A DNA stretch of 64,000 nt, taken from the NCBI GenBank assembly GCA_964016885.1, contig OZ024741.1, positions 404,798,001 through 404,862,000 of the forward strand. Direction: 5' to 3'. Source of the stretch: Eledone cirrhosa. Lineage: Eukaryota. Position 1 is the stretch's first letter, and each line of letters starts with the position of its first letter. A model generated the notes under the pieces. The model searched no databases, was not told the origin of the DNA, and worked only from the letters and a program-made list of their open reading frames with translations. The translations under genes and the position numbers were made by a program. Below, piece by piece: positions 36,501 through 48,726 of the stretch.

Positions 36501-39421
36501 TGGTGGTTGTGTTGGTAGTGGTGGTAGTGGTGGTTGTGGTGGTACTGGTGGTTGTGATGGTAGTGGTGGTTGTGTTGGTAGTGGTGGTTGTGTTGGTAGT
36601 GGTGGTTGTGGTGGTTGTGGTGGTTGTGGTGGTTGTCATGGTAGTGGTGGTTGTGTTGGTAGTGGTGGTAGTTGTGGTAGTGGTGGATCTGTTGGTAGTG
36701 GTGGTTGTGGTGGTTGTCATGGTAGTGGTGGTTGTCATGGTAGTGGTGGTTGTGTTGGTAGTGGTGGTAGTTGTGGTTGTGATGGTAGTGGTTGTTGTGT
36801 TGGTAGTGGTGGTTGTGATGGTAGTGGTGGTTGTGGTGGTAGTGGCGGTTGTGATGGTAGTGGTGGATGTGTTGGTAGTGTTGGTTGTGTTGGTAGTGGT
36901 GGTTGTGTTGGTAGTGGTGGTTGTGTTGGTAGTGGTGGTTGTGATGGTAGTGGTGGTTGTGTTGGTAGTGGTGGTTGTGATGGTAGTGGTGGTTGTGTTG
37001 GTAGTGGTGGTAGTGGTGGTAGTGGTGGTTGTGGTGGTTGAGTTGGTAGTGGTGGTTGTGTTGGTAGTGTTGGTTGTGTTGGTAGTGGTGGTTGTGATGG
37101 TAGTGGTGGTTGTGTTGGTAGTGGTGCTTGTGATGGTAGTGGTGGTTGTGTTGGTAGTGGTGGTAGTGGTGGTAGTGGTGGTTGTGGTGGTTGAGTTGGT
37201 AGTGGTGGTTGTGTTGGTAGTGTTGGTTGTGTTGGTAGTGGTGGTTGTGATGGTAGTGGTGGTTGTGTTGGTAGTGGTGGTTGTGATGGTAGTGGTGGTT
37301 TTGATGGTAGTGGTGGTTGTGATGGTAGTGGTGGTTGTGTTGGTAGTGTTGGTTGTGTTGGTAGTGGTGGTTGTGTTGGTAGTGGTGGTTGTGATGGTAG
37401 TGGTGGTTGTGTTGGTAGTGGTGGTTGTGTTGGTAGTGGTGGTTGTGATGGTAGTGGTGGTTGTGTTGGTAGTGGTGGTTGTGATGGTAGTGGTGGTTGT
37501 GATGGTAGTGGTGGTTGTGATGGTAGTGGTGGATGTGTTGGTTGAGTTGGTAGTGGTGGTTGTGTTGGTAGTGTTGGTTGTGTTGGTAGTGGTGGTTGTG
37601 TTGGTAGTGGTGGTAGTGGTGGTAGTGGTGGTTGTGATGGTAGTGGTGGTTGTGATGGTAGTGGTGGTTGTGTTGGTAGTGGTGGTAGTGGTGGTTGTGG
37701 TGGTTGTGATGGTAGTGGTGGTTGTGATGGTAGTGGTGATTGTGTTGGTAGTGGTGGTAGTGGTGGTTGTGGTGGTAGTGGTGGTTGTGATGGTAGTGGT
37801 GGTTGTGATGGTAGTGGTGGTTGTGTTGGTAGTGGTGGTAGTGGTGGTTGTGGTGGTTGTGATGGTAGTGGTGGTTGTGATGGTAGTGGTGATTGTGTTG
37901 GTAGTGGTGGTAGTGGTGGTTGTGGTGGTAGTGGTGGTTGTGATGGTAGTGGTGGTTGTGTTGGTAGTGGTGGTAGTGGTGGTAGTGGTGGTTGTGTTGG
38001 TAGTGGTGGTAGTGGTGGTTGTGGTGGTTGTGATGGTAGTGGTGGTTGTGATGGTAGTGGTGGTTGTGATGGTAGTGGTGGTTGTGTTGGTAGTGGTGGT
38101 AATGGTGGTTGTGGTGGTTGTGATGGTAGTGGTGGTTGTGATGGTAGTGGTGGTTGTGTTGGTAGTGGTGGTTGTGATGGTAGTGGTGGTTGTGTTGGTA
38201 GTGGTGGTAGTGGTGGTTGTGGTGGTTGTGATGGTAGTGGTGGTTGTGATGGTAGTGGTGATTGTGTTGGTAGTGGTGGTAGTGGTGGTTGTGGTGGTAA
38301 TGGTGGTTGTGATGGTAGTGGTGGTTGTGTTGGTAGTGTTGGTTGTGTTGGTAGTGGTGGTAGTGGTGGTAGTGGTGGTTGTGATGGTAGTGGTGGTTGT
38401 GGTGGTTGTGGTGGTTGTGGTGGTTGTGGTGGTTGTCATGGTAGTGGTGGTTGTGTTGGTAGTGGTGGTTGTGATGGTAGTGGTGGTTGTGTTGGTAGTA
38501 GTGGTAGTGGTGTTTGTGGTGGTTGTGATGGTAGTGGTGGTTGTGGTGGTTGAGTTGGTAGTGTTGGTTGTGTTGGTAGTGGTGGTAGTGGTGGTTGTGG
38601 TGGTTGTGGTGGTTGTGATGATAGTGGTGGTTGTATTGGTAGTGGTGGTTGTGTTGGTAGTGGTGGTTGCGTTGGTAGTGGTGGTTGTGTTGGTAGTGGT
38701 GGTTGTGTTGGTAGTGGTGGTTGTGTTGGTAGTGGTGGTTGTGTTGGTAGTGGTGGTTGTGATGGTAGTGGTGGTTGTGATGGTAGTGGTGATTGTGTTG
38801 GTAGTGTTGGTTGTATTGGTAGTGGTGGTTGTGTTGGTAGTGGTGGTTGTGTTGGTAGTGGTGGTTGTGATGGTACTGGTGGTTGTGATGGTAGTGGTGG
38901 TTGTGATGGTAATGGTGATTGTGTTGGTAGTGGTGGTATTGGTGGTTGTGGTGGTAGTAGTGGTTGTGATGGTAGTGGTGGTTGTGTTGGTAGTGGTGGT
39001 AGTGGTGGTTGTGGTGGTAGTGTTGGTTGTGATGGTAGTGGTGGTTGTGTTGGTAGTGGTGGTTGTGTTGGTAGTGGTGGTTGTGGTGGTTGTCATGGTA
39101 GTGGTGGTTGTGTTGATAGTGGTGGTAGTTGTGGTAGTGGTGGATCTGTTGGTAGTGGTGGTTGTGGTGGTTGTCATGGTAGTGGTGGTTGTCATGGTAG
39201 TGGTGGTTGTGTTGGTAGTGGTGGTTGTGGTGGTAGTTGTGGTTGTGATGGTAGTGGTTGTTGTGTTGGTAGTGGTGGTTGTGATGGTAGTGGTGGTTGT
39301 GGTGGTAGTGGTGGTTGTGATGGTAGTGGTGGTTGTGATGGTAGTGGTGGATGTGTTGGTTGAGTTGGTAGTGGTGGTTGTGTTGGTAGTGTTGGTTGTG
39401 GTGGTTGAGTTGGTAGTGGTG
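15596..39421. repeat. ~24-kb G/T-rich satellite on an 18-bp base unit (GGTAGTGGTGGTTGTGWT), with higher-order repeats
   Basis: Landmark variants recur at 504 bp (16126/16630), 3090 bp (19256/22346/25436) and 2744 bp (29967/32711). The + strand has almost no C. Confidence 0.97.
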
Positions 39422-39595
39422 ATGTCTCACTGCCATGTAACATCGCTGATCGTATGCAGGCCTTTCATTTTCAGAGAGAAACCCTTAGCGGCCAATAGTG
39501 GTACAAGCTCTCTGAACCTTTTCCATCCCGTTCTGACTTTAGCTACAGTACTTTCGGAGCACCCTCCACCACTGCTGATTTTGTCACCCAAAATA
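39422..39595 (-). mobile_element. RTE-clade LINE fragment (post-RT region) ending at the satellite boundary
   Basis: Minus strand reads LGDKISSGGGCSESTVAKVRTGWKRFRELVPLLAAKGFSLKMKG...MLHGSET. Confidence 0.8.
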
Positions 39596-39730
39596 ATGTA
39601 AATTTATATTCAATCTTTTAATTACACTCTAAAATTAATTCCAAAGAATTGTGAAGCAAGAAATATTTTTACAATATAAGGTTGACATTAAACATTGTTT
39701 ATCAATGCCATGATTATGTCAATACCAATA

Positions 39731-40321
39731 TGGGCAGTTAATTGGCAGTATCGGTCGAGGGTCGGACGCCATGTTTTGACGCATAGAGTTACTGCCTTTT
39801 CCATTCTGAGTTCAAATCCCGCCGAGGTTAACTTTGCCTTTCATCCTTACGGGGTCGATAAAATAAAGTACCAGTAATGCACTGGGTTATTGCTGGCCTT
39901 GTGTCTAACGTAGAAACAATTACAATTTATTCTACAGTTGGGGGGGTGAATTGGCAGTATCGGTGGAGGGTCGGACGACATGCTTTCCAGCATAATTACG
40001 TCCGTTTACGATCTGAGTTCAAATCCCGCCAAGGTTAACTTTGCCTTACGGAGTCGATAAAATAAAGTACCAGTAATGCACTGGTGAATTGCTGGCCTTG
40101 TGCCTAAAATAGAAACGATTATTCGGGCGGTGGATTGACAGTATCAGTAGAGGGTTGGACGCCATGCTTTGACGCATAGAGTTACGCCCCTTTCCATTCT
40201 GAGTTCAAATCCCGCCGAGGTTAACTTTGCCTTTCATCCTTACGGGGTCGATAAAATAAAGTACCAGTAATGCACTGGGTAATTGCTGGCCTTGTGCCTA
40301 ACGTAGAAACAATTATATATC
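39731..40321 (+). mobile_element. Three head-to-tail MetaSINEs; the last two are bracketed by a 22-bp direct repeat
   Basis: Copies at ~39731-39921, 39941-40122 and 40126-40315. ATTACAATTTATTCTACAGTTG occurs at 39919-39940 and 40322-40343. Confidence 0.9.
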
Positions 40322-40636
40322 ATTACAATTTATTCTACAGTTGTTGGCATCTGAAAAGATTTTTTTTTTTCAGATATAATCAATAAACTTATTATGTTTT
40401 CATAGCGAAACGAAAGTAATAAAACAGAAACCTTTCCAGATATTGAACATTGGAGATAATACAAAACAGCAAATACTGAACAATCAACTATAATCCAAAT
40501 ACATGAAAATATGACAAGGAATAAAAATGGCCGACTTAATAGAGTACTTGATGGCCTATCAAGAGACTGGTTGCTGTCCTGTCACTGTCTCAGGCATTGT
40601 TAAATCTTTTTTTCTTTTAATCTCCCTGAAGAATCT

Positions 40637-41160
40637 CTTCTTCTTCTTCTTCTTCTTCTTCTTCTTCTTCTTCTTCTTCTTCTTCTCCTTCTTTTTTTTC
40701 TTTTTCTTCTTCTTTTTTTCTTTTTCTTCTTTTTTCTTTTTCTTCTTCTTCTTCTTCATCTTCTTCTTCTTCTTATATTTCTTTTTTTCTTTTTCTTCTC
40801 ATTTTTCTTCTTCTTTTCCCTTTTCTTCTTTTTCTTTTTCTTCTTTTTCTTCTTATTTTTCTTCTTCTTTTTCGTTTTCTTCTTTTTCTTCTTCTTCAGC
40901 TTCTTCTTTTTCTTCTTCTTTTCACACTTATTCCTGAGAGGGTTGTGGGGACAGAGTCCTCAAACCCTCCCTCCACCAGGTCCTGTCAGTTACAACAGTC
41001 TCCAACTGATCCGGCTGGTTCCCCAAGAGAGACCAGCTAAGCTCATGGATATTATCCAACCATCTTGTTCGAGGTCTACCCCTGGGTTTCCTACCTGTTG
41101 GTTTTACCTGTAAAATCTGTCCATCAATTCTTTCCCGAGACATTCTAACCATATGTCCAT
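40637..41160 (-). mobile_element. RTE 3' end with an expanded degenerate (GAA)n tail (40637-40922)
   Basis: HMVRMSRERI...KPTGRKPRGRPRTRWLDNI...DRTWWR. Confidence 0.85.
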
Positions 41161-41339
41161 AAGACTCTCTTAAATCTCAAATATCTTCTTCCGTTTGGGG
41201 CTTTGTTCGGATCAAATCCCTACTATTTGTTATTTCAGCAACATAATTATAAAGTGTTATGTTGGGTGATGGTGTTGAATTTATTTCATCTCGTGTGGCG
41301 AAATGTTATTTGTGATAGACTGAGGTCCTCTCTAGTTAA

Positions 41340-41527
41340 ATAATTGTTTCTACTTTTGGCACAAGACCAGCAATTATCCCAGTGCATTACTGGTACTTTA
41401 TTTTATCGACCCCGTAAGGATGAAAGGCAAAGTTAATCTCGGCGGGATCTGAAATCAAATCATAAAGGGAGGTAACTCTATGCTTCAAAGCATGGCGTCC
41501 GACCCTCTACCGATACTGCCAATCCAA
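41340..41527 (-). mobile_element. MetaSINE
   Basis: Reverse complement of the family consensus. Confidence 0.9.
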
Positions 41528-41639
41528 TGAAATGTTTCATAAGACAACGTCGTGACAGCATCGACACTGAAGATAAACGCCATCTTGCTATGCCGCTGAT
41601 GATTATAAAAGACGAAAGTGAAACGATAATAAATACCTT

Positions 41640-41945
41640 TTCTTTTTCTTCTTCGTCTACTTATTTCCCGGGGGTCGTGGGGGGACGGGGTCCTCAAACA
41701 CTCCTTCTAGCGAGTTATGTCAGAAGCAACCGTCTTCAATTGGACGGTACCAGCAGAGCACATAAATGTTATCTAACCATCTTGCTCAGGATCTACTCCA
41801 AAGACTCTTTGGATCCCCATTTCAGCTTGTGTTCACGATCGTATTATTTCGGTCATTACCCAAGATTCATTTCCACAGATAAAGGTTGGCATAAATACCG
41901 AACTGATAAAAGCGAGTTTGGCATTCACATCTACCTCCGTTCTTA
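41640..41945 (-). mobile_element. Internally deleted RTE 3' fragment
   Basis: Minus strand reads SVFMPTFICGNESWVMTEIIRS.TQAEMG, with a 3' end homologous to 2215-2370. Confidence 0.7.
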
Positions 41946-41991
41946 AAGTTCCATCATATGCAAGTATATCTCTATGAATGCATCTGTCTAC

Positions 41992-42055
<64 letters not shown>

Positions 42056-42056
<1 letters not shown>

Positions 42057-42617
42057 AATTAGAATTGGAGCTCTGAAATAGCAATATATATATAGATGTA
42101 TATATAATGTATTTTGCAATACACTTTATGCTTAATTAAAAGCATTTTGAAGACCGTAAGCTATTGTTTTTTAGAGTAGTGACAAATTCACTTACTTTGA
42201 TCTCAGCAAACAGGGGAGATAAGCCGACAAGGCCTTCAAAATGCTTTTAATTAAGCATAAAGTGTATTGCAAAATACATTATATATACATCCATATATAT
42301 ATTGCTATTTCAGAGCTCCAATTCTAATTTTTTATTTCTGCCTGACCAACAACCGCTCTGCATAATCAGCTCCTGTTTATTTACTAGAATTCTATAAGAA
42401 TATAACATCAGTGATCTCGGTAGACAGGTGGGAGTAGTTAGCCTTGATAAGCTTCAACAAAAGCGAAACAAGACCTTATCGGCTTATCTCCCCTGTTTGC
42501 TGAGATCAAAGTAAGTGAATTTGTCACTACTCTAAAAAACAATAGCTTACGGTCTTCAAAATGCTTTTAATTAAGCATAAAGTGTATTGCAAAATACATT
42601 ATATATACATCCATATA

Positions 42618-42620
<3 letters not shown>
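42056..42620 (+). mobile_element. Retrozyme/Penelope-like element: ~320-bp monomer in a partial tandem plus an inverted 5' copy, in (TA)n
   Basis: CTTCAAAATGC... starts at 42234 and again at 42554. About 42056-42236 is the reverse complement of monomer sequence. (TA)n flanks both sides. Confidence 0.8.
42440..42484 (+). ncRNA. Type I hammerhead motif, U3-A8 variant
   Basis: AGCC-TTGATAA-GCTT caacaa AAGC-GAA-ACAAGACCTTAT-C-GGCT. The inverted copy at 42222-42236 retains AAGGCCTTGTC, implying an ancestral palindromic stem III ACAAGGCCTTGT. Confidence 0.7.
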
Positions 42621-42648
<28 letters not shown>

Positions 42649-43299
42649 CTTATAGTACCTCCAAGTTGTGTTCATCTTTTTGATATGTCGTCTCTAAACC
42701 TGTACCTACAAATCTATGACATTACACTCGAAACCTTCATGCAATCTACCGATATCATTAACGGTCATCCATTGGAGTTTTCAGTTTCACCTCATAATGC
42801 TATTTCCTATGCCATCGTCTTCGAAACCTTGACCAAAGAGGCATAATTAAATCTTCAAGAAGATTCCTCACATTAATTCACCTTTGGTTAACATAGCCTT
42901 GGCCAGGAGACATTCATGTCATCAGACGATGTCCAACGTTCATTGGGTGCGTCGACTCTCAACCGTAATAACTTCTTGCTGGTGGATTAGAAGTGGTGGC
43001 AGAATGTCTACCCATCTTCGCCTCCTGGCTTCAAAACCTTCAGTACAGATGTGTAATTACATCTTCAAACAGATGCCTCACATTCATTCACCTTTGGTAA
43101 ATATCACCCCGGCCACTCTCTCTCTCTCTCTCTATCTCAGCAGTGGTGGTTGAATTATTGACCATCATCGCCTCCAGTCTTCAAAACATTGACTAAAGGA
43201 ATTTAATCTTTGTTTAACTATCAATGCTACCAAAACACTCTCAGATATCCCATATTGTGGCATTGATCAGTTTGTGCTTCTTTCCGTGGAAAACAAATG

Positions 43300-46200
43300 T
43301 TATTTCTACAGTACGAAACTTTAAAAGAGAACTTCCCACATGATGTGCCCCCCCCCCCCCCCTTTCCATAATCCCCTTAACCGTGTCCTGCTAAAAGGAT
43401 TCTCTCCCTTCCCAAACACCACCAATCTGGACATGGAGATCGAACAACCCGACCTCCAGGAAACGAAAAGTTAAGTGTTCCTGCCTTTTCTCTCCTTAAC
43501 TATTCTTCACCAACATGGCGACTATACAAGCTGGATGTTTGAACGTACGTGGTCAGGGCATGTCCTGGAAACAGGGCCAGCTTTTAAATGATCTCACGTC
43601 ATATTGTATAGATGTGATAGACATCACCGAGTCCAGGATTCACGACAAGCAGCAGCTAACCCCCATCTTCGAGGATTTTGAGATCTACACATCTCTCTGT
43701 CAGCCAGGAGATGGAGGAGGAGTTGCTGTTCCGTTTCGAAAAACCTTGGATCTCAAAATACAAACGATTCACTTGGACCCGGAGGGCAGCCTGGTGGTCC
43801 TGGACGTGAATGGTAGTAAAGGTGGAGTTTTCAGACTGGTGGCCGTATATGCTCCGACTGGGACATCGCAACCAGAGTTCTTCAAGCACACGGTTGCCTA
43901 TTCAGACCACAAATTAGTCACCTACATAGTCAACCTTGATAGAATACATAGACAGGGACCCGGATACTGGAAGCTGAACATGTCGCTCCCGGCGCGTAAG
44001 GCCTACAGTAAACGGGATTAGCACCTTAGTTAAGTGCCAATTAACGGCGGCGATCGTCAACATCAGGTGGTAGAGCTCTCTCAAGAGAACAATTAGAATA
44101 GAATCGATAGCATTGGGCAAGGAATTAGCTTTAGAAAAAAACAAAACTGAAAAGGAACTGGTAGCTAAAGTATAAGAGGCACTTAGGAATGGCAGTACAG
44201 CTGCCGTGCCAGCGGCGAGAACAGCAGTAGAGCAGTTCTTCAACGTGAAACACGAAGGTTGTATTGTCAGAAGTAGAACACGTGCTCTAAGAAACGAGGG
44301 AGCAAATGCTGTTAGCTGGGCCCGAGTGGAAGAGGCGAAAAGTGGCAACAAATCCACAATTCGGTCTTTGCAAGACAAAGATGGACGCATTATACTTGAA
44401 TCCAAGCAGATGTGCACGGCCTTCCAGCAGCATTTTGCACAACTATTCGGGAAAAGCGGTACGTCGAGCGAGGTGATGGACTCCAGCTCCTACCTCGACG
44501 GCGTACCACGACTCTCGAGCACGGATGTGGAGAGCTGCGAAAGGCCGATCACAGCGGGCGAAATAGAAGATGCCCTAGACCGCTGCGGGAAACGCAAATC
44601 ACCCGGTTTAGATGGTCTACCCTATGAGTTTTACATAGGCATGCCAGACTTGTTCTCTGGCATCCTCGAAGCGGTCTACTGCAACTGGCAGCAGAACGGG
44701 AAGATTCCCAATTCTGTAGGCAGAGGCGTAGTAACGCTGATCAGGAAAGATGAGAACAAGGGGGGATGAAATAAGCAATTTCAGGCCCATAACTCTGCTC
44801 AACACAGAGTTAAAGATTTTGGCCAAGGTGTTAGCAGTGACGCTGGCGCTTGTCGTCGAGAACCTGGTGGGATAAGCTCAAACGGGTGCAATCCCGACCA
44901 GGTCCATACACGACAACCTCCACTTCATGCGATACATTATAGAGAGGGCAGGGTGTAAACCTGGGTTCGGTGGGGCTCTGATCAATTTAGATCAGTCTAA
45001 GGCATTTGATAGGGTCGACCATCAATACTTGGAAGCGGTTCTCAAGGCGGCTGGCTTCGGTCTCATCTTCAGAGGCTGGATCGCTGCCATGCACACCAGC
45101 ATCTGCTCGGCAGACAAGGTGAATGGCTACCTATCGGAGCCATTCCAAATTATGCGTTCCATCCGTCAGAGATGCCCTCACTCCTCCATTCTGTATGTAC
45201 TGACTCTCGAGCCGTTTCTGCGGAAGTTGGAGCTGTTACAGGGTATCCCGATCGAACCAGGAGTGCGGAAAGCAGCGTCGGCCTATGCCGACGACATAAC
45301 CGTAATGGTGTCGAAAACCTCGGAAATCGAGGTAATCGGCAACCTATTACAGGAATACGAAACGTTGACAGGATCAAGACTAAACCCAAATAAGTCTGTC
45401 GGTTTGCAACTCGGCACATGGAGAGGGAAACCCATGCCTTCTGACAGTGTCGCTGGACGCTGGACGGAAGGACCTGTGAAATTGCTCGGGGTCTGGTTTG
45501 GTCCAAAACTCCAGGTGGACAAGAACTGGAAAGAGGTCACGGTGAAGGTGTTTGCACTCACCCAGAAGTGGGCTGAGTGCAAACTCTCCTTGAAAGGTCG
45601 AGCAGAGGTGGCAAACACTTACATAGCGTCCGTCATCTACTACTGCTTGACAGTCGTGCCTTGCCCTCGCGAATACCTCACCAAAATGGAACGCTTTCTC
45701 TTCAAGTTCCTCTGGAAGAAACAGGCTCCATTGGTGAAGAGATCCATCTGCTGTCAACACCCTTCTAACGGAGCGCTGGGCATGCCGTGGCTGACGATGC
45801 GCAAACACGCGTTGAGGCTACGCCATCTCCAGGTATTCCTGACCGGTGAACCGGTGTGGCTGTCGTTTGTGAGACAAGCTCTTCCACAACTCGTCTCACT
45901 AACAGAGCTGCAGCCCTGGGACAAGCGAAGACTGAAAATGGGTGCCTGGGATCTCGAGTGCCTTCAGGCGCTCACAGCCCTCTACCAAGCGGAAACGGCA
46001 ATCAGCGGAGACTCCACTTCGACATTCTATAGGGATCAGTGGAGGATAAGTACGACGACATTCTCGGGGAAACTCTATGCATCGATGAGGACGAACTGAC
46101 CAGTCTGTTCGGGAGGACTTTCCGTCCAGGGCCTATGGATAACTTCCAGAGGTATCTGGCCTGGCAGTGCTACCGAGGAGCTCTACCAGTTCGAGACAAA

Positions 46201-46920
46201 ATCTACAGGCACGGACGCCCTGGCAGAGATCCTGCCAAATGGACCTGTCCAAGATGCAAGCAGGACATCGAAACCGTTCTGCACGCAATTGTTCAGTGCC
46301 CAGGGGGGACTGACCTGTGGAATTATGTCGAACAGCTACTTTCACGTGTGGGACGCATCCAGTTGTCAGCCGAGTCCATCGTGAGGATCACCCCGCCGCC
46401 TTCATTTAAGAATGAAGGAGAGGCGGTTTTCCTCTGTCTGGTGGCTATGGCGAAAGAGGTAATATGGTGGACGAGGTTAAAAGGACTGAGAGCAAACACC
46501 TTTCTCTCCGGACAACAACTTATCCTCTTCTTTACGTATCACTTCAGAAAGAAGGGGAGAGTGGAGAGAGAGGTGTTACACCCCACTAAATTCGCTGAAA
46601 GGTGGGTGAATGGGACGAAAATGGCCCGAGTGAATGGGCCTTCTCTGTATATAAACCTGTAGGTTGAGGAAGATAAACAGAGGGAAGACAGGAACACCTA
46701 CAAAAGGTGTTCCTGGTGATGAGGGTTGTTCTATCCACGGGGTGTAAAACAACCCTGCAGTAACGTTTTCCCCTATTGGGGATTTCAATTGTTATTTTAT
46801 TATATATAGTTTATTGTTATTAATTAATGTTAAAGTTATATGATTTTTATGTAAAACCCCTGCCGTCAAGTCTTGTAATGTCCCATATTTGTACGCCCCT
46901 GTGGCAAATAAAGAAATATA
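43300..46920 (+). mobile_element. Tx1/L1-clade LINE copy 1: end of ORF1, disrupted ORF2 (AP endonuclease, RT, zinc-binding domain) and 3' UTR
   Basis: Motifs CLNVRG, VYAP, SDHK, GPGYWKLN, SPGLDGLPYEFY, NFRPITLLN, LDQSKAFDRVDH, YADD, KLLGVWFG and CPRC...ETVLHAIVQC. (TATC)n tail. Confidence 0.93.
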
Positions 46921-46968
46921 TCTATCTATCAATCTGTCTATCTATCTATCTATGTATCTATCTCTCCA

Positions 46969-48665
46969 TATCACGCGATCCATTCGACAAGGATGCCCTC
47001 TCTCCTCTCTTCTGTACGTACTGACTCTCGAGCCACTACTGCGGAAGTTGGAGCTATTGCAGGGCATCCTTCTGGAACTGGGACTGCGAAAAGCGGGTAC
47101 AGTAATGGTGTAGAGCGCCTCGCAAATCGAGGAATTCGGCACCTTACTAAAGGAATACGAAAGGTTCACAGGAGCGAAGGTGAACCGAGACAAGTTCATC
47201 GGTTTGCAACTCGGATCGTGGAGAGGCAAACCGATGCCTTCCGATGGCGTCGTCGGACGCTGGACGGAAGGACCGGTAAAGCTGCTCGGGGTCTGGTTTG
47301 GTCCGGACCTTCAGGTGGAGAAGAACTGGAACGAGGTGACAGCCAAGGTGTTTGCACTCACCCAGAAGTGGGCTGAGTGCAAACTATTCTTGAAAGGTCG
47401 AGCGGAGGTGGCGAACACTTTTATAGCGTCCGCCATCTACTACCGCTTGACCGTCGTGCCTTGTCCAGCCAAAACGCTCACCAAAATGGAGCGCGCTCTC
47501 TTCCAATTCATTTGGTGAGAAGATCCATCTGCTGCCAACACCCTTCCAGCGGAGGGCTGGGGGTGCCGTGGCTGACGATGCGCAAACACGCGCTCAGGAT
47601 GCGGCATCTCTACGTATTCCTCACCGGTGTGGGCCCCGTTCGTGAGGCGAGCCTTCCCACGATTCGTCTCGCTGACCAAGCTGCAGTCCTGGGTCAAGCA
47701 AAGACCGAGGTAAATGGGCGACTGGCACATCGAATGTGCTCAGGCGCTCACAGTCCTCTGGCAGGCGAACCCGGCGAACTTCGTCATTCTATAGAGGGTT
47801 GATCCGCAGCAAATGCGACGACGCGCTCGGTGAAACTCTAGGCTTAGAGGAAGACGAACTGGCCAGTCTGTTCCGTAGGACCTTCCGCCCAGGACCGATG
47901 GACAACTTCCAAAAGTCTCTGGTCTGGCAGTGCTACCGAGGAGCTCTACCAGTTCGAGACAAGTTCTACAGACATGGGCACCCGGGCAGGGACCCTGCAA
48001 AAAAGATCTGTCCGAGGTACGTGCGAGATGAAGAAACCGTCGCGCACGCATTCATACACTGCCCGGGCGTTACCGACCTGTGGGACTATGTAGAACGACT
48101 ATTGTCGCGGGTGGGACCAATCCGGTTGACCACCGAGTCCATTATCATGATCAACCCGCCACCGTCCTTCAAAAACGAAGTAGAGGCGGTTTTCCTTTGT
48201 GTGATAACTATGCAAAAGAGGTTGTATGGTGGACAAGGTCGAAAGGGCTGAGGTCAGACACCTTTCTCTCCGGCCGACAACTGATTCTTTTTTTCAAATA
48301 CCACTTTGGAAGAAGAATCAGGATGGAGAGAGAGGTGCTGTACCCCAGCAAGTTTTATGAAAGGTGGGTGAAAGTGGCGAGAATGGCCCGAGTGAATGGG
48401 CCTTCTCTCTATATCAGCCTGTAGGTTGAGGAAAAAGAGGAAGAGAGGAAAGGGGTACAAACTCTTCGTACTCCTGGATATGAGGGTTTCACATTTTTTT
48501 CGGGGTTATGTGTTACCCATATGTAATGTCTCCCCCTATTGGGGAAAATCGACTAATTTTTAAATTGCATTTGTGATAATATTTTACACGTTTTTATTGT
48601 ATGTAAACTTCCCCCTTTGTATTTGTCCCCTTCTTTTGTGCCACTGTGGCTAATAAAGAAACATA
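46969..48665 (+). mobile_element. Tx1/L1-clade LINE copy 2, 5'-truncated within RT
   Basis: Begins at ITRSIRQGCPLSSLLYVL and is colinear with ~45150-46920. (TATC)n flanks both sides. Confidence 0.93.
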
Positions 48666-48682
48666 TCTATCTATCTTTCTAT

Positions 48683-48726
<44 letters not shown>

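Noticed and set aside
30311-39436. 3041-aa ORF and other Thr-, His-, Pro-, Val- or GSGGC-rich ORFs as mucin, His-rich or keratin-associated-like genes
   Set aside because: The ORFs drift through all three repeat phases at recurrent 1-nt indels. Stops are absent because of base composition, there is no signal peptide or unique domain, and the flanks are LINE fragments.
40559-40630. Possible terminal exon on the minus strand (EIKRKKDLTMPETVTGQQPVS)
   Set aside because: The upstream tract is purine-rich (GAA)n rather than polypyrimidine, and no homology was recognised.
42800-43210. Three diverged ~150-210-bp direct repeats upstream of LINE copy 1
   Set aside because: The similarity is patchy, and I could not define the unit or assign it to the LINE 5' region by eye.
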